Counted from the first letter of the stretch, positions 39,648 to 50,233 are shown. The stretch is DNA of 64,000 bases from an uncultured Candidatus Saccharibacteria bacterium (GCA_964429815.1 CAYSCM010000001.1:288001-352000), one strand, 5' to 3'. Translations and numbers: made by a program. Notes: generated from the letters alone by a model not told the origin.

Positions 39648-40127
39648 TCACTCTTTAATGTTCTGAAAAGAAAGGCGGTCATATTCATCTGTAGGAAAGA
39701 CAGCAAAACCTGAGTCCTGCCAGAGCACAAACTCTGCAATGCCGCAGTCGAGAGCCAGGCGGCTACAAACGGTGCAGTAGGGCTTGCCAGAGTGTTTGGG
39801 TTCACCCACCTCCGTTACCCGAACAAAATATAAGCGGGAGCCTTTTATTTTTTGTGGATTACGGCTTTGCGCGTCCAGTATCGCGCGCCACTCCGAATGC
39901 ATGCAGCATGTATGATCGTAGCGATAGTTTTTCGGCAGTTCATATTCACTGAGGCAGGTCCGGTAAATCGGGTTGTCTAAGGGAGGAGCGTTGTATCCTT
40001 CGCCTATTACTTCGCCGTCTTTTACGATGACGGTGCCACACTTTGCCCTAAGACATAGCGCCTTTCGGGCGACTCGGGCCGCCTCATCAATCCAGTGTTT
40101 AGCTTCTTGTTCTGCAACAAGCTTCAT
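39648..40127 (-). CDS. CMP/dCMP-type zinc deaminase family protein
   Basis: CMHSE ... PCTVC zinc-binding motifs. Confidence 0.6.
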   Translation of the reverse strand: MKLVAEQEAKHWIDEAARVARKALCLRAKCGTVIVKDGEVIGEGYNAPPLDNPIYRTCLSEYELPKNYRYDHTCCMHSEWRAILDAQSRNPQKIKGSRLYFVRVTEVGEPKHSGKPYCTVCSRLALDCGIAEFVLWQDSGFAVFPTDEYDRLSFQNIKE

Positions 40128-40138
40128 GATCTTAAAGC

Positions 40139-40213
40139 TGTGCCGGGGGACGGGATCGAACCGTCGACCTGACGCTTATGAAACGTCCGCTCTAACCGAC
40201 TGAGCTACCCCGG
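40139..40213 (-). tRNA. tRNA with CAT anticodon (elongator Met or Ile2-lysidine)
   Basis: Acceptor gccgggg/ccccggc, anticodon loop uuCAUaa, T-loop ttcgatc. Confidence 0.75.
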
Positions 40214-40272
40214 CGCAGTCTTACGCTATCATCGTGCCAAGAACTCTACAAGGAGCGCGCTATACTGTGGTA

Positions 40273-40674
40273 ATGCGCTCAATTCAGATTATTTTGCTCG
40301 GGCTCATCTTCATTGGGATTGGTCTCATTGCGACGAAAAATCTCTGGCTCCCTCCGCTTGCAGATGCTGTGGTAGAGCGTGAGGGAGCGAAAATATGGAT
40401 CGATCAGTATTTCTCAAAAGATCCTTCGCATGTGTACTACGCATCCTTCCAGGGCGGAAAGGAGGGCGTGATAACGGTCACGACCAAGGCTCTCGAAGGA
40501 GCGGACCCGGATACGTTTAGAAGAGTAAGCGATATGACTGTCAGCACGACAACCGCCAGCTATCGTGAGTGGGCGCTCTATAGCGACAAAAACTCGACGT
40601 ACACCTACCTCATTTTCAAAACCGCGGGCGGCGTTCAAACGCTCGTGACCGCGACAAGCTCAAGCGCGCGGTAG
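40273..40674 (+). CDS. membrane-anchored hypothetical protein
   Basis: TATACT 40261-40266, 6 nt before the ATG. N-terminal transmembrane segment. Confidence 0.35.
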   Translation: MRSIQIILLGLIFIGIGLIATKNLWLPPLADAVVEREGAKIWIDQYFSKDPSHVYYASFQGGKEGVITVTTKALEGADPDTFRRVSDMTVSTTTASYREWALYSDKNSTYTYLIFKTAGGVQTLVTATSSSAR

Positions 40675-40675
40675 C

Positions 40676-41842
40676 ATGAAGCGCATCTTTAGTTTCCCAC
40701 GCAATATTTTCTTTCTCGGACTGACGAGCCTCTTCAACGATTTTTCCTCCGAGATGATCTACGCTGTATTTCCGGCTTTTTTCACCTCTGTCCTCCATGC
40801 TGGCGCACAGTCGCTCGGGCTTGTCGATGGTATCGCGGAAGCTGCTTCAAATTTTTTTAAGATTTATTCCGGCAATCTCTCCGACCGCCTCGGGAAGCGC
40901 CGGCCGCTGGTCATTGCGGGCTACACACTTTCCGTTTTCACACGTCCGCTCTATGTACTGTTTGCTTCCGTGGGCGGGGCGCTTAGTCTGCGCGTTCTCG
41001 ATCGTGTTGGAAAAGGCTTTAGGGACGCGCCAAGGGACGCTATTATCTCACTCTCGACACCGAAAGAAGAATTGGGCCGATCATTTGGCTTCCATAGGTC
41101 GATGGATACCCTCGGTTCCATTTTAGGACCCCTAGCCGCATATTTCCTTCTCCTCTATTTCCCGGGACAATTCGGTTCGCTTTTTTTGGCTTCGTTTGGA
41201 GTAGGCCTCATTGCGCTGTTTTCGCTCCTTTTTATCTCCGATGCAGCGATCTCGACCGGGCCGCTCAAGCGCGGATTTATCGGCTCACTCGACCGATACT
41301 CAAAAAAATTCAAACTGTTTCTCCTCGCCGTATTCATCCTCTCAATGGGGGCCCTTCCGGTTGCGGTCTTGCTCCTCAAGACAGAGTCGCTCGGACTCAA
41401 CATTGCCACTATACCCCTCTTCTACGTCGTCTACAGCATTTCTTACACCATTTTTTCTTTTATCGCCGGCAGTGTGAGTGACAAGATGGGCTCTCGCATT
41501 GTTATATCTCTCGGCTATCTAACTCTCATCGCCAGTTACTTCTTTATAGATGCCGCGCGGAGCGCCTGGAGCCTCGCGCTCGGTTTTTTTGTGTTAGGAC
41601 TTTTTCCGGCCCTTACCGATGGAGTTCAACGCTCTCTTGCGTCACAACTCTCGGGAACGCAGGAGCGCGGAGGGGCGCTCGGTCTTCTCAATGCGGCAGT
41701 GGGCCTCGGTGCGCTCATTGCGGGAGTTGGCGGTGGCTATGTGTGGCAAATGTTCGGCCCCAGCGCCGCATTTTTCGTTGGCGCTAAAGTGATTCTCGTA
41801 GGTCTCGTTGTTTTTGTTATCGCATCGCGATTACGCAGGTAA
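40676..41842 (+). CDS. MFS transporter
   Basis: 12 transmembrane helices. G..DR.GRR motif A (LSDRLGKRRP). Confidence 0.7.
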   Translation: MKRIFSFPRNIFFLGLTSLFNDFSSEMIYAVFPAFFTSVLHAGAQSLGLVDGIAEAASNFFKIYSGNLSDRLGKRRPLVIAGYTLSVFTRPLYVLFASVGGALSLRVLDRVGKGFRDAPRDAIISLSTPKEELGRSFGFHRSMDTLGSILGPLAAYFLLLYFPGQFGSLFLASFGVGLIALFSLLFISDAAISTGPLKRGFIGSLDRYSKKFKLFLLAVFILSMGALPVAVLLLKTESLGLNIATIPLFYVVYSISYTIFSFIAGSVSDKMGSRIVISLGYLTLIASYFFIDAARSAWSLALGFFVLGLFPALTDGVQRSLASQLSGTQERGGALGLLNAAVGLGALIAGVGGGYVWQMFGPSAAFFVGAKVILVGLVVFVIASRLRR

Positions 41843-41889
41843 TGTTTTTGCAAAACGGGCGAAATTGGCTAGTATGTTCATTGTTTTGT

Positions 41890-41962
41890 GCCACCTTAGC
41901 TCAATTGGTAGAGCAACGGTATCGTAAACCGTAGGTTCCCGGTTCAAGCCCGGGAGGTGGCT
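41890..41962 (+). tRNA. tRNA-Thr (anticodon CGT)
   Basis: Acceptor gccacct/aggtggc, anticodon loop auCGUaa. Confidence 0.8.
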
Positions 41963-41991
41963 CCCTGAAATGTTCAGGTCGCATACGCGAT

Positions 41992-42064
41992 GCCGAAGTA
42001 GCTCAGTTGGCAGAGCATTCCCATGGTAAGGGAAAGGTCGCCGGTTCGATTCCGGCCTTCGGCT
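41992..42064 (+). tRNA. tRNA-Thr (anticodon GGT)
   Basis: Acceptor gccgaag/cttcggc, anticodon loop auGGUaa. Confidence 0.8.
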
Positions 42065-42068
42065 CAAC

Positions 42069-42950
42069 ATGAAGGACGAAAAAGACGTAAAGAGACGGAT
42101 CGTTTTACTCGAAGCCGCCATGGCCGCGCCGGATTTTTGGGCCGATAAAGAAAAAGCACAAGCTTCCATAAAAGAACTTCGGGAGCTCAAAGCGGCACTG
42201 GAGGGGAGAGGAAAGTACGATGCTGGCGAGGCTATCGTTTCCATTTTCTCGGGAGCGGGGGGAGATGACGCGGAGGATTTCTCCGCGATGCTCTTTGGCA
42301 TGTATCGCAAATTCTCCGAGGGAAAGGGGTGGGGACTCACCCTTCTAGGGGAAAATCAAAACAACCACGGAGGCTTTCGCAACGTGACTTTTGAAATAAG
42401 GGGCAAAAACGTATACGGCACGCTTAAAAACGAATCGGGCGTGCACCGGCTGGTGCGCGTGTCCCCGTTCAACGCCCAAGGTAAGCGTCAGACGTCCTTC
42501 TCTCTCGTCGAAGTCGTCCCGAAGCTTCCAAAGACCGACGACATCGATATCCCCGCCGACGACATCGATATCCAATTCCAAAAGGCGGGAGGCCCCGGCG
42601 GGCAAAACGTCAATAAGCGCGAGACCGCCGTGCGAGCCGTCCACAAACCTACCGGCATTTCGGTCCACGTTACGAGCGAGCGCAGCCAAGCGCAGAATAA
42701 GGAAAAGGCTCTTGAGGTCATCAAAGGAAAGCTCTTCAAAAAGCAAGAAGAAGACAGAAAACGTGAGGCTGCGGGCCTATCAATCTCGAAGACGACGTCC
42801 ATCGAGTGGGGCAACCAGATACGTTCCTATGTCCTCCACCCCTACAAGCTCGTCAAAGACCACCGCACGAGCGTCGAGGCGCACGACCCAGACTCCGTGC
42901 TCGCAGGAAATCTAGAAAAATTTATTGAAGCAGAGAAAAATTTAGAGTAA
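42069..42950 (+). CDS. prfB: peptide chain release factor 2 (short N-terminus, no programmed frameshift)
   Basis: SPF tripeptide (RVSPFNAQ) and GGQ (GGQNVNK). The ORF starts 5 nt after tRNA-Thr. Confidence 0.8.
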   Translation: MKDEKDVKRRIVLLEAAMAAPDFWADKEKAQASIKELRELKAALEGRGKYDAGEAIVSIFSGAGGDDAEDFSAMLFGMYRKFSEGKGWGLTLLGENQNNHGGFRNVTFEIRGKNVYGTLKNESGVHRLVRVSPFNAQGKRQTSFSLVEVVPKLPKTDDIDIPADDIDIQFQKAGGPGGQNVNKRETAVRAVHKPTGISVHVTSERSQAQNKEKALEVIKGKLFKKQEEDRKREAAGLSISKTTSIEWGNQIRSYVLHPYKLVKDHRTSVEAHDPDSVLAGNLEKFIEAEKNLE

Positions 42951-42962
42951 ACTGTCTAAGTT

Positions 42963-43643
42963 GTGATCTATTTCGATAAGGTCAGTAAGGTCTACGCCGA
43001 TAACTCCGTGGCGCTCGACGATGTGACACTCTCGATAGCTCCGGGAGAGTTTGTCTCCGTCGTCGGCCACTCTGGTGCAGGAAAGACGACGCTCCTCAAG
43101 ATGCTTCTTGCGGAAGATAAGCCGTCTTCCGGAAACGTATTTTATGAATCAGTCGATGTGCACCGTCTCAATAGGACCCAAATAAACGAGTACCGACGTC
43201 GTATTGGCGCAGTTTTCCAGGATTTTCGTCTCCTGCCGCACAAAACGGCCTACGAAAATATCGCCTTCGCGATGGAAGCCGCCGGGCGCAGCGACGAGGA
43301 AATAGAATCCGACGTTCCGCACGTTCTCGAACTCGTAGATCTCGCCGATAAAATGTGGAATTTCCCAAAAGAGATGAGCGGCGGAGAGCAGCAGCGCGTC
43401 GCCATCGCGCGCGCCATCGTCAATCAGCCGGATATCGTCATTGCGGACGAGCCGACGGGGAACCTCGACCCCATCAATACCTTCGAGGTGGTTCAAATTC
43501 TCAAGAAGGTAAATGACTTAGGCACTACGGTGATCCTCACAACGCACAACAAAGGGGTCATAGACTCTCTGGGAAGACGTGTCATCACCCTCGATCGCGG
43601 TAGGATCGTGCGCGATGATAAGAGCGGCACGTACGTCCTCTAA
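42963..43643 (+). CDS. ftsE: cell division ATP-binding protein FtsE (GTG start)
   Basis: GHSGAGKTTL Walker A, LSGGEQQRVAIARA signature. Confidence 0.85.
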   Translation: MIYFDKVSKVYADNSVALDDVTLSIAPGEFVSVVGHSGAGKTTLLKMLLAEDKPSSGNVFYESVDVHRLNRTQINEYRRRIGAVFQDFRLLPHKTAYENIAFAMEAAGRSDEEIESDVPHVLELVDLADKMWNFPKEMSGGEQQRVAIARAIVNQPDIVIADEPTGNLDPINTFEVVQILKKVNDLGTTVILTTHNKGVIDSLGRRVITLDRGRIVRDDKSGTYVL

Positions 43644-43666
43644 AAACTGTTGTATACTGGGTCGGT

Positions 43667-44590
43667 ATGTGGACGGCGACAAAGCGCATCATACGGGGCG
43701 GGTTCATAGGATTCCTTCGCAACGGGTTCGTCTCTCTCGCCTCTATCCTCGTCATGACCGTGACCCTCTTTGTAATAGGGTCGCTTTTGTTTTTGGGAGC
43801 TATTTTCAACGCGTCGCTCCAAGAGCTTAAGGACAAAGTCGACGTGAACGTCTATTTCGTAACGACAGCTCCGGAAGACTCCATCCTCGCGCTCAAAAAA
43901 GACCTAGAGGCGCTTCCGGAGGTAAAAGGGGTGACCTACACGAGCCGGGAACAGGCCCTTGCCACGTTTCAAGAGCGCCACAAGGACGACCAGCTCACCA
44001 TCCAGGCGCTCCAGGAACTCGACAACAACCCACTCGGCGCGTCGCTCTCCATCAAGGCAAAAGAGACCTCACAGTACGAAGGTATCGCGAAGTTTCTAGA
44101 AAGCGGCTCGGCGCTCGGAAAGGACGGCACACCGATCATCGACAAGGTGAACTACTTCCAAAACAAATCGGCGATAGACAAACTCTCCTCGATCATCGAT
44201 TCCGCCAACAAAGTAGGGCTCGCCGTCACGCTTATCCTCATCGTCGCCTCCATCATCATTACCTTCAATACTATCCGGCTTGCTATCTATACGAGTCGCG
44301 AGGAAATCTCGGTGATGCGGCTCGTCGGTGCTTCTACCATGTATGTGCGCGGGCCATTTGTTTTCGCGGGCGTTCTCTACGGGCTCATTGCGGCGCTCGT
44401 GACGTTGCTTCTCTTCTATCCACTCGCGCTTTCCTTGGGGCCAGCTACGGAGCGTTTTTTCGGCAGCATCAACATCTTTTCCTACTACGCCTCGAATTTT
44501 GCCCACCTGTTCCTTGTCATAACGCTCTCCGGCGTTATTCTCGGCGGAGTGTCAAGCTATCTTGCGGTCCGAAAATACCTTAAGGTGTAG
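43667..44590 (+). CDS. ftsX: cell division permease-like protein FtsX
   Basis: Four transmembrane helices with a large periplasmic loop. Downstream of ftsE. TATACT 43654-43659. Confidence 0.8.
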   Translation: MWTATKRIIRGGFIGFLRNGFVSLASILVMTVTLFVIGSLLFLGAIFNASLQELKDKVDVNVYFVTTAPEDSILALKKDLEALPEVKGVTYTSREQALATFQERHKDDQLTIQALQELDNNPLGASLSIKAKETSQYEGIAKFLESGSALGKDGTPIIDKVNYFQNKSAIDKLSSIIDSANKVGLAVTLILIVASIIITFNTIRLAIYTSREEISVMRLVGASTMYVRGPFVFAGVLYGLIAALVTLLLFYPLALSLGPATERFFGSINIFSYYASNFAHLFLVITLSGVILGGVSSYLAVRKYLKV

Positions 44591-44619
44591 GCATACGGGA
44601 GCAATGGCAGAACGTCGGC

Positions 44620-46278
44620 ATGACCAAGAAGGGACATAAATACATTTTCGTGATAGGGGGCGTCATGTCGGGAGTCGGCAAAGGCATCGCCGCCTCCTCG
44701 ATCGGCAAAATCCTTCAAGCGAAGGGTTTTATTGTAAATCCCGTCAAAATCGACCCCTACCTCAATGTCGATGCGGGCACCATGAACCCGACCGAGCACG
44801 GGGAAGTCTTCGTGCTTCGGAGCGGACTTGAGACCGATCAGGACATGGGCAACTACGAGCGTTTCATGGAGCTCGATCTCACGAGCGAGGATTACATGAC
44901 CTCGGGCATGGTCTATCAATCGGTTATCAAGCGTGAGCGCAGTCTCGGCTATCGGGGGAAGTGTGTTGAGGCGATTCCCCATGTACGCGATGAAATTATC
45001 GGACGTATTGAGGAGGCTGCGAAAAAAAATGGCTCCCAGATCTCCATTATCGAAATTGGGGGCACCATCGGCGATTTCCAAAACGCTCTCTATATAGAGG
45101 CGGCACGCATCATGAAGATGGAGCACCCTGATGACGTGCTCTTCATCATGGTCTCTTATTTGCCGGTACCCGGGAAGCTCGGCGAGATGAAGACAAAACC
45201 AACGCAAAATGCCGTACGTCAGCTCAATTCCTACGGCATCCAGCCGGACATAATCCTCGCACGAAGTGCGGTGCCCCTCGACCGTAAACGCAAAGAGAAA
45301 CTTGCTATCTGGTGTAACGTGCGTGCCGATCATGTCATCTCCGCGCCTGATATCGAAAGTATTTATGAAGTACCGCTCAATTTCGAAAAGGACGGACTCG
45401 GAGACATACTCCTCGAACAGCTCAAAATAAAGGCCGCAGGGCGCAAGTCCGATCTCCGCGCATGGAAAAATTTTGTCACCAAGATCCTCAACGGAAAAAC
45501 CGAGCTTCAGGTGGCGATCGTGGGCAAGTATTTCGATACGGGGGATTTCGTCCTCTCCGATGCCTACATATCCGTCATCGAGGCTATTAAATTCTCTGCC
45601 GCCAAGCTCGGTGTGCGGGCGAAAGTGTCCTGGCTCAACTCAAAAGATTTCCAAAATGGTGCGGCAAAACTCGCATCTCTCAAAAAATTCCACGGCATTA
45701 TCGTCCCAGGTGGTTTTGGGGAAACTGGCATCGAAGGAAAAATAGCGGTTATTCGCTATGCACGCGAGAACAAAATTCCCTACTTTGGGCTCTGCTACGG
45801 CATGCAGCTTGCCGTCGTCGAATTTGCCCGCAATGTATTGAAGCTCAAGGGCGCTCATACGCGGGAGATCGACAGCAATCCTACGCATCCGGTCATTGAC
45901 ATCATGCAAGATCAAAAAAAGAAACTCGCTCAAGATGATTACGGCGGCTCCATGCGGCTTGGCGTCTATCCGGCCCACCTCAAGCTGAGAACGCTAGCAC
46001 GGGAGGCCTATAGGAGGGACATGATCGAAGAGCGTCATCGGCATCGCTACGAGGTGAACCCCGACTACGTGGCGAAATTCGACGGCTCCGACATGCTTTT
46101 CTCCGGCGTCTCGCCGGATGGGGTTCTCATGGAAATCATGGAGCTCAAAAAAACTGTCCATCCGTTTTTCCTGGGCACTCAGTTCCACCCAGAGCTTCAG
46201 GCGCGCCCGCTCCACCCCCACCCGCTCTTTACGGCTTTTCTCGCCGCCGCGCTTTCTCGCAAAAAGCGCTCGCGATAA
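44620..46278 (+). CDS. pyrG: CTP synthase
   Basis: KYIFVTGGVMSGVGKG N-terminus. C-terminal glutamine amidotransferase domain GLCYGMQ. Confidence 0.9.
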   Translation: MTKKGHKYIFVIGGVMSGVGKGIAASSIGKILQAKGFIVNPVKIDPYLNVDAGTMNPTEHGEVFVLRSGLETDQDMGNYERFMELDLTSEDYMTSGMVYQSVIKRERSLGYRGKCVEAIPHVRDEIIGRIEEAAKKNGSQISIIEIGGTIGDFQNALYIEAARIMKMEHPDDVLFIMVSYLPVPGKLGEMKTKPTQNAVRQLNSYGIQPDIILARSAVPLDRKRKEKLAIWCNVRADHVISAPDIESIYEVPLNFEKDGLGDILLEQLKIKAAGRKSDLRAWKNFVTKILNGKTELQVAIVGKYFDTGDFVLSDAYISVIEAIKFSAAKLGVRAKVSWLNSKDFQNGAAKLASLKKFHGIIVPGGFGETGIEGKIAVIRYARENKIPYFGLCYGMQLAVVEFARNVLKLKGAHTREIDSNPTHPVIDIMQDQKKKLAQDDYGGSMRLGVYPAHLKLRTLAREAYRRDMIEERHRHRYEVNPDYVAKFDGSDMLFSGVSPDGVLMEIMELKKTVHPFFLGTQFHPELQARPLHPHPLFTAFLAAALSRKKRSR

Positions 46279-46287
46279 ACTGGGGAG

Positions 46288-46560
46288 GTGGCGACTATAG
46301 AAAAAAGGATATGGCCAGGGAACTTCGAAGAGGTCCTCTCCGGCAAAAAGACGTATGAGCCGAGACTCCAGGATTTTGTAGTTGAGCCGGGAGATACGCT
46401 CATCTTGCGAGAGTGGGATCCTAAATTAGGCGAATATACAGGACGTAAAATCAAGAAAAAAGTTTCTCAGGTTTCTAAACTTTCTGCAAAGGAGCTTCGA
46501 AAGTATTGGACCCAAGAGCAAATAGAGCACTACGGGCTTCAAATAATCCATTTCACCTAA
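46288..46560 (+). CDS. DUF3850/ASCH-like small protein
   Basis: GDTLILREWD...YTGR pattern. Confidence 0.4.
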   Translation: MATIEKRIWPGNFEEVLSGKKTYEPRLQDFVVEPGDTLILREWDPKLGEYTGRKIKKKVSQVSKLSAKELRKYWTQEQIEHYGLQIIHFT

Positions 46561-46661
46561 CGCCGTCTTGATGCGGCGTTTCTCGCCCTTGTCGCGCTCG
46601 GCTTCCAGAACTGTAGCGCGATGGCGGGACGTGCTGCGAATAACGGGGCTATACTACTCTC

Positions 46662-48032
46662 ATGCAAGAGTTCGGGAAGAGGATAGCGCAGGGGTATGAG
46701 CGGTTGTTTTCTATAGAAGAAATACGCGCCACCCCTCTCCTCCAGTGGATGTTCGGAGCCATGCTCCTTTTTTTCTTTTATTCTTTCTCCATCTGGCTCT
46801 TCACGGGCGCTGGCACGCAGGAGGCATATAGAAGCGGTGCGGTCGTGTGCTGGCCGTATTTCCCCGATTGCGGCAACTATGCGCTCTTTCACGATCTCTA
46901 CGTCGACTATTCGAAGGGCATTTTCTACATGCTCCTCTACGCGATACTCCTCGCCATCGTGTGGTGCATGTGGAAAGGGAGATGGGCGGCCGCGCATGCA
47001 CTCATGGTCATTCTGTTCCTATGGCAGGCGCTGTTCTCGCTTGTCTTTGCCTACACAATGACGGGGCCGCCGTACTACTACCATCTTTTTTTGACCGCCA
47101 TCCTCCTCTTTGTTCCGTTTAAAGAGTATTTTTTACGAGTCGCCTTTGTTCTCTTGTATTTTCTCTCGGCCACCATTAAATTCGACAGCGGATGGGTACT
47201 CGGTACCGAATTTACGACGCTCAAGACCGGTCTCCCGCTTTTCTCCGACGCGCTGACCCCCATTTTTACCAACATCGTCATCTTTTCGCAGGTGGTCCTG
47301 TGTTGGTTTTTGCTATCGAGCCGTCCAAAGCTGCAGCGCGGAGCGCTCCTATTTTTCGTATTCTTTCACTGGTACTCCGGGATTTTCGTCGGATACCTCT
47401 TCCCGACCATCGCCCTCGTGCCGCTTCTCATTCTCTTCGGGCCGATGTATCGGCCGCTTCCGGCGCCGTTTGACAAACGTGCGCTCCCCGGCGTTTTCGT
47501 GCTCGGGCTCATGATCGCGTTCCATGCTGTCGGGTTCCTCATCCCTGGGGATCGTCGCATGACGCTCGAGGGGAGCCGGTACGGATTTTTCATGTTCGAT
47601 GCGAATTATCAATGCCGCATGAACGTGACTATCTACAGCGACCTGAGGCCTCTGCCTCCCTCAGGGCTTGAGGCGTGGGACAATCCGCTCGGTACGCGCT
47701 GCTACGATTTCTATTGTCTTGTCGGTGTTCATGGAAGCTCGACTAAACACGAGCTTGTGCGGAACGAACGTTACGAGTCAAATTTTTCCCAGCACAGCTG
47801 CGACCCGTACGAATGGTGGGCCCGGTATCGGCCGCAATGCGCCGCTTCGTCGACCAGACGGATTTCTCTTCAATTCGACAATTCAGTAAACGGCAGCCCG
47901 TACTACCGCATCGTCGATGTCGATAATGTCTGCGCTCTCGACTACAGACCATTTAGCAGAAACGAATGGATCAAAGAGCCACCGGAAGCTCCTGTCGTCG
48001 GATATCCGGTCAAGGACGTATATCGCTATTGA
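46662..48032 (+). CDS. polytopic membrane protein with Cys-rich C-terminal domain (possibly HTTM-like)
   Basis: About 8 transmembrane helices followed by a ~150-aa soluble Cys-containing region. TATACT 46650-46655. Confidence 0.35.
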   Translation: MQEFGKRIAQGYERLFSIEEIRATPLLQWMFGAMLLFFFYSFSIWLFTGAGTQEAYRSGAVVCWPYFPDCGNYALFHDLYVDYSKGIFYMLLYAILLAIVWCMWKGRWAAAHALMVILFLWQALFSLVFAYTMTGPPYYYHLFLTAILLFVPFKEYFLRVAFVLLYFLSATIKFDSGWVLGTEFTTLKTGLPLFSDALTPIFTNIVIFSQVVLCWFLLSSRPKLQRGALLFFVFFHWYSGIFVGYLFPTIALVPLLILFGPMYRPLPAPFDKRALPGVFVLGLMIAFHAVGFLIPGDRRMTLEGSRYGFFMFDANYQCRMNVTIYSDLRPLPPSGLEAWDNPLGTRCYDFYCLVGVHGSSTKHELVRNERYESNFSQHSCDPYEWWARYRPQCAASSTRRISLQFDNSVNGSPYYRIVDVDNVCALDYRPFSRNEWIKEPPEAPVVGYPVKDVYRY

Positions 48033-48033
48033 T

Positions 48034-48225
48034 ATGAATGTCTCAACCACGACGCTTCTCGTGCAAAAATCTTTCGCGGGGAATCCCCCGGTCGAGCTCA
48101 ACGCGCTCCAGCGCTTCCTCGAGCCGCATGCGACGACCATCGTTCATGCGTGGGTCGTACTCTGGATCCTAACCGCTCTGTTCGTTTTGTTGAAACTGCA
48201 TCGAGACTATCGTTCTCGTAGATAG
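48034..48225 (+). CDS. small membrane protein (63 aa) coupled to the upstream gene
   Basis: ATG 1 nt after the upstream TGA. One transmembrane helix. Confidence 0.3.
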   Translation: MNVSTTTLLVQKSFAGNPPVELNALQRFLEPHATTIVHAWVVLWILTALFVLLKLHRDYRSRR

Positions 48226-48263
48226 AAAAAAGACGAAGACATGCTAGAATCACGCCGTTATAT

Positions 48264-48334
48264 TGCGGGATCGTCTAATGGTAGGACACCAGGTTCTGGC
48301 CCTGGTAATCTAGGTTCGAGCCCTAGTCCCGCAG
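48264..48334 (+). tRNA. tRNA-Gln (anticodon CTG)
   Basis: U1:A72 acceptor (tgcggga/tcccgca), 3-bp D-stem, anticodon loop uuCUGgc. Confidence 0.75.
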
Positions 48335-48450
48335 CAGCAGTCAGCGCAGTATCGTGCGAGACCGGAGAGCCTCAGAACTCAAAGGTCCGCCGATTCGCTG
48401 AATGTACTATTCCGTTATTGCATATCCGGTGAGTCCGGTATTCAGAACAA

Positions 48451-48477
48451 AAATCGCCCCTTACAGGGCGATTTTTG
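48451..48477. terminator. bidirectional intrinsic terminator
   Basis: aaatcgcccc-ttac-agggcgattt with flanking A and T runs. Confidence 0.55.
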
Positions 48478-48493
48478 TTGGCCGACTATTTCT

Positions 48494-49825
48494 CTAGAGA
48501 TATCTTTTTGCTTTTAATGTGATTCTGGTTTTAAGAGTTCCTAGCAGTTCACGCTTCTCAAGAACATCGCCTTCTGTCAGGACATGTCTCACATAATGCC
48601 GTGCATCGAAGTGTTCCTCGACACGCTGCGGTGATTGCTGCCCCAAGAACATTCTTTGGAATTTCTTAGCTCGGGCGCGTTCCTCCTCAAATTTCTTGCG
48701 AATTATCGGCTCATTGAGTTCTAATTTATCTATCTGCTCTATGAGTTGTCGGACAAGCTCCTCTTCGCGAATGTAACCGGCGGCTCTACAGGCGCGATCC
48801 TTTGAGCGATTGCATCCGTAGTACAGGTACGTGGCAGTCGTGCCCGTGCTTTTGATGAGTTTGTGCTTCTCCTCGGCGCAGACACCCGAGCCGCACGCTC
48901 CGCAGGTGATGAGTCGTGTGAAGGCGAACTCCTTGGACTCACCGCGCACAATTCTGTCGCGCTTGAGTTGTGCCAGCACCTTTTCATACAGTTCACGGGT
49001 GATTATCGGTTCGTGTTTGCCCGTGTACCATTTGCCGCTCCCGATTGGGTACTCAAACTGTCCGAAGTAGAACGGCGTCTGCAGGATTTTGTAAATGTTA
49101 CTCAAAGTCAGAGGCTTATTGCTCGTTGCGCTTCGGAAATTCATATCGAACTTGAGCCAGTGATAGAGCTTTTGCCCAGACCATTTCTCGTATGCGACCT
49201 TCTCGAACATCTGCCGAACGACTGGTGCACGGTCGGGGTCGACCATGACGTACCCCTTCCGGTCGACACGTTTCTCGTTGAGGTAGCCGGTCGGCGCAGG
49301 CGCAGGCCATAAGCCCATCTCACAGCGCATGCGGAGGCCTCGCTTCACATTCACACTTTTGTTGTCGTTCTCAAGCTTTGCCTGACTGCACAAAATCATG
49401 AGAAGAAATTTCTCACTCGGTGAATTTGTGAACTTCTGGCCGTATGTTCGGATCTCGACGAGAAGTTTTTGGTCCATCAAGTCCACCAGACTCCCGAGGT
49501 CGCCTGCGTTGCGGCTCAGGCGGTCTGGGTTCCAGGTGAGTACACCGTTGAACCGTCCGGAGCGGATGTCTTTGAGAATCTCATTGAACACAGGCCGCTG
49601 GCCGGAGTCCTTCGCAGAGTGTGCTTCACGCCGGATGTCCACGATCTCGATGCCATCACGCTCCGCGATCTCGAGCATTTCCTTCACCTGAGAGTCGATG
49701 GACAGTGCCTGTTTTTCGCTCGTGTCCTCAGTCGACTTTCGAGCGTAGAGTACATACTTAACTGGTACTGCTAATTGCGGCACGAAAGTGCCTGGAGCTC
49801 TAGCCCCTCGGGTTATGGTTTCCAT
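48494..49825 (-). CDS. large serine recombinase (resolvase-domain integrase)
   Basis: N-terminal resolvase domain YARKSTED..S, recombinase domain, C-terminal CxxC...C zinc ribbon and coiled coil. Confidence 0.8.
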   Translation of the reverse strand: METITRGARAPGTFVPQLAVPVKYVLYARKSTEDTSEKQALSIDSQVKEMLEIAERDGIEIVDIRREAHSAKDSGQRPVFNEILKDIRSGRFNGVLTWNPDRLSRNAGDLGSLVDLMDQKLLVEIRTYGQKFTNSPSEKFLLMILCSQAKLENDNKSVNVKRGLRMRCEMGLWPAPAPTGYLNEKRVDRKGYVMVDPDRAPVVRQMFEKVAYEKWSGQKLYHWLKFDMNFRSATSNKPLTLSNIYKILQTPFYFGQFEYPIGSGKWYTGKHEPIITRELYEKVLAQLKRDRIVRGESKEFAFTRLITCGACGSGVCAEEKHKLIKSTGTTATYLYYGCNRSKDRACRAAGYIREEELVRQLIEQIDKLELNEPIIRKKFEEERARAKKFQRMFLGQQSPQRVEEHFDARHYVRHVLTEGDVLEKRELLGTLKTRITLKAKRYL

Positions 49826-49917
49826 ATACCCAAAGGAATGACGCCTCCCGCCAGGAAGTCCAACGTCTAAGTTGGTAACCTTCAGAGCCGATTTGACTTT
49901 GATTCATTTGATGCATT

Positions 49918-50229
49918 ATGATGGTAGGTATGGAAGATTCAGTTTCAGGGTACAAAGCAGTTAAACGGCTCGCGGTAGAGCGGCCTGATTGGCTCCCTAT
50001 CATTCGAGAGTGCTTGAATTTGCGGAAAGAGATTCACAACACTGACTTTGCTGGCGCATGGGTATATCAGCGTCTTCAAGAGAAGGGCGGACCGAAATTT
50101 TCAAATCTGCGTCTTCTTGTTAGCTTTGGCATCTTGAAGAAAGAGGCGACCTCACGCGGTGGTCGACGCGCGTACTACTCCTTCGTCGATCCTGAGGGTG
50201 TCGAGAAAGCATTAAGCGAGCTTTCATAA
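49918..50229 (+). CDS. hypothetical protein
   Basis: ORF. Preceded by the agttggtaacct motif. Confidence 0.3.
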   Translation: MMVGMEDSVSGYKAVKRLAVERPDWLPIIRECLNLRKEIHNTDFAGAWVYQRLQEKGGPKFSNLRLLVSFGILKKEATSRGGRRAYYSFVDPEGVEKALSELS

Positions 50230-50233
50230 TTTT

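Noticed and set aside
42069-42100. Programmed +1 frameshift in prfB
   Set aside because: No CTT TGA context, and no upstream coding space because the tRNA ends 5 nt before the ATG.
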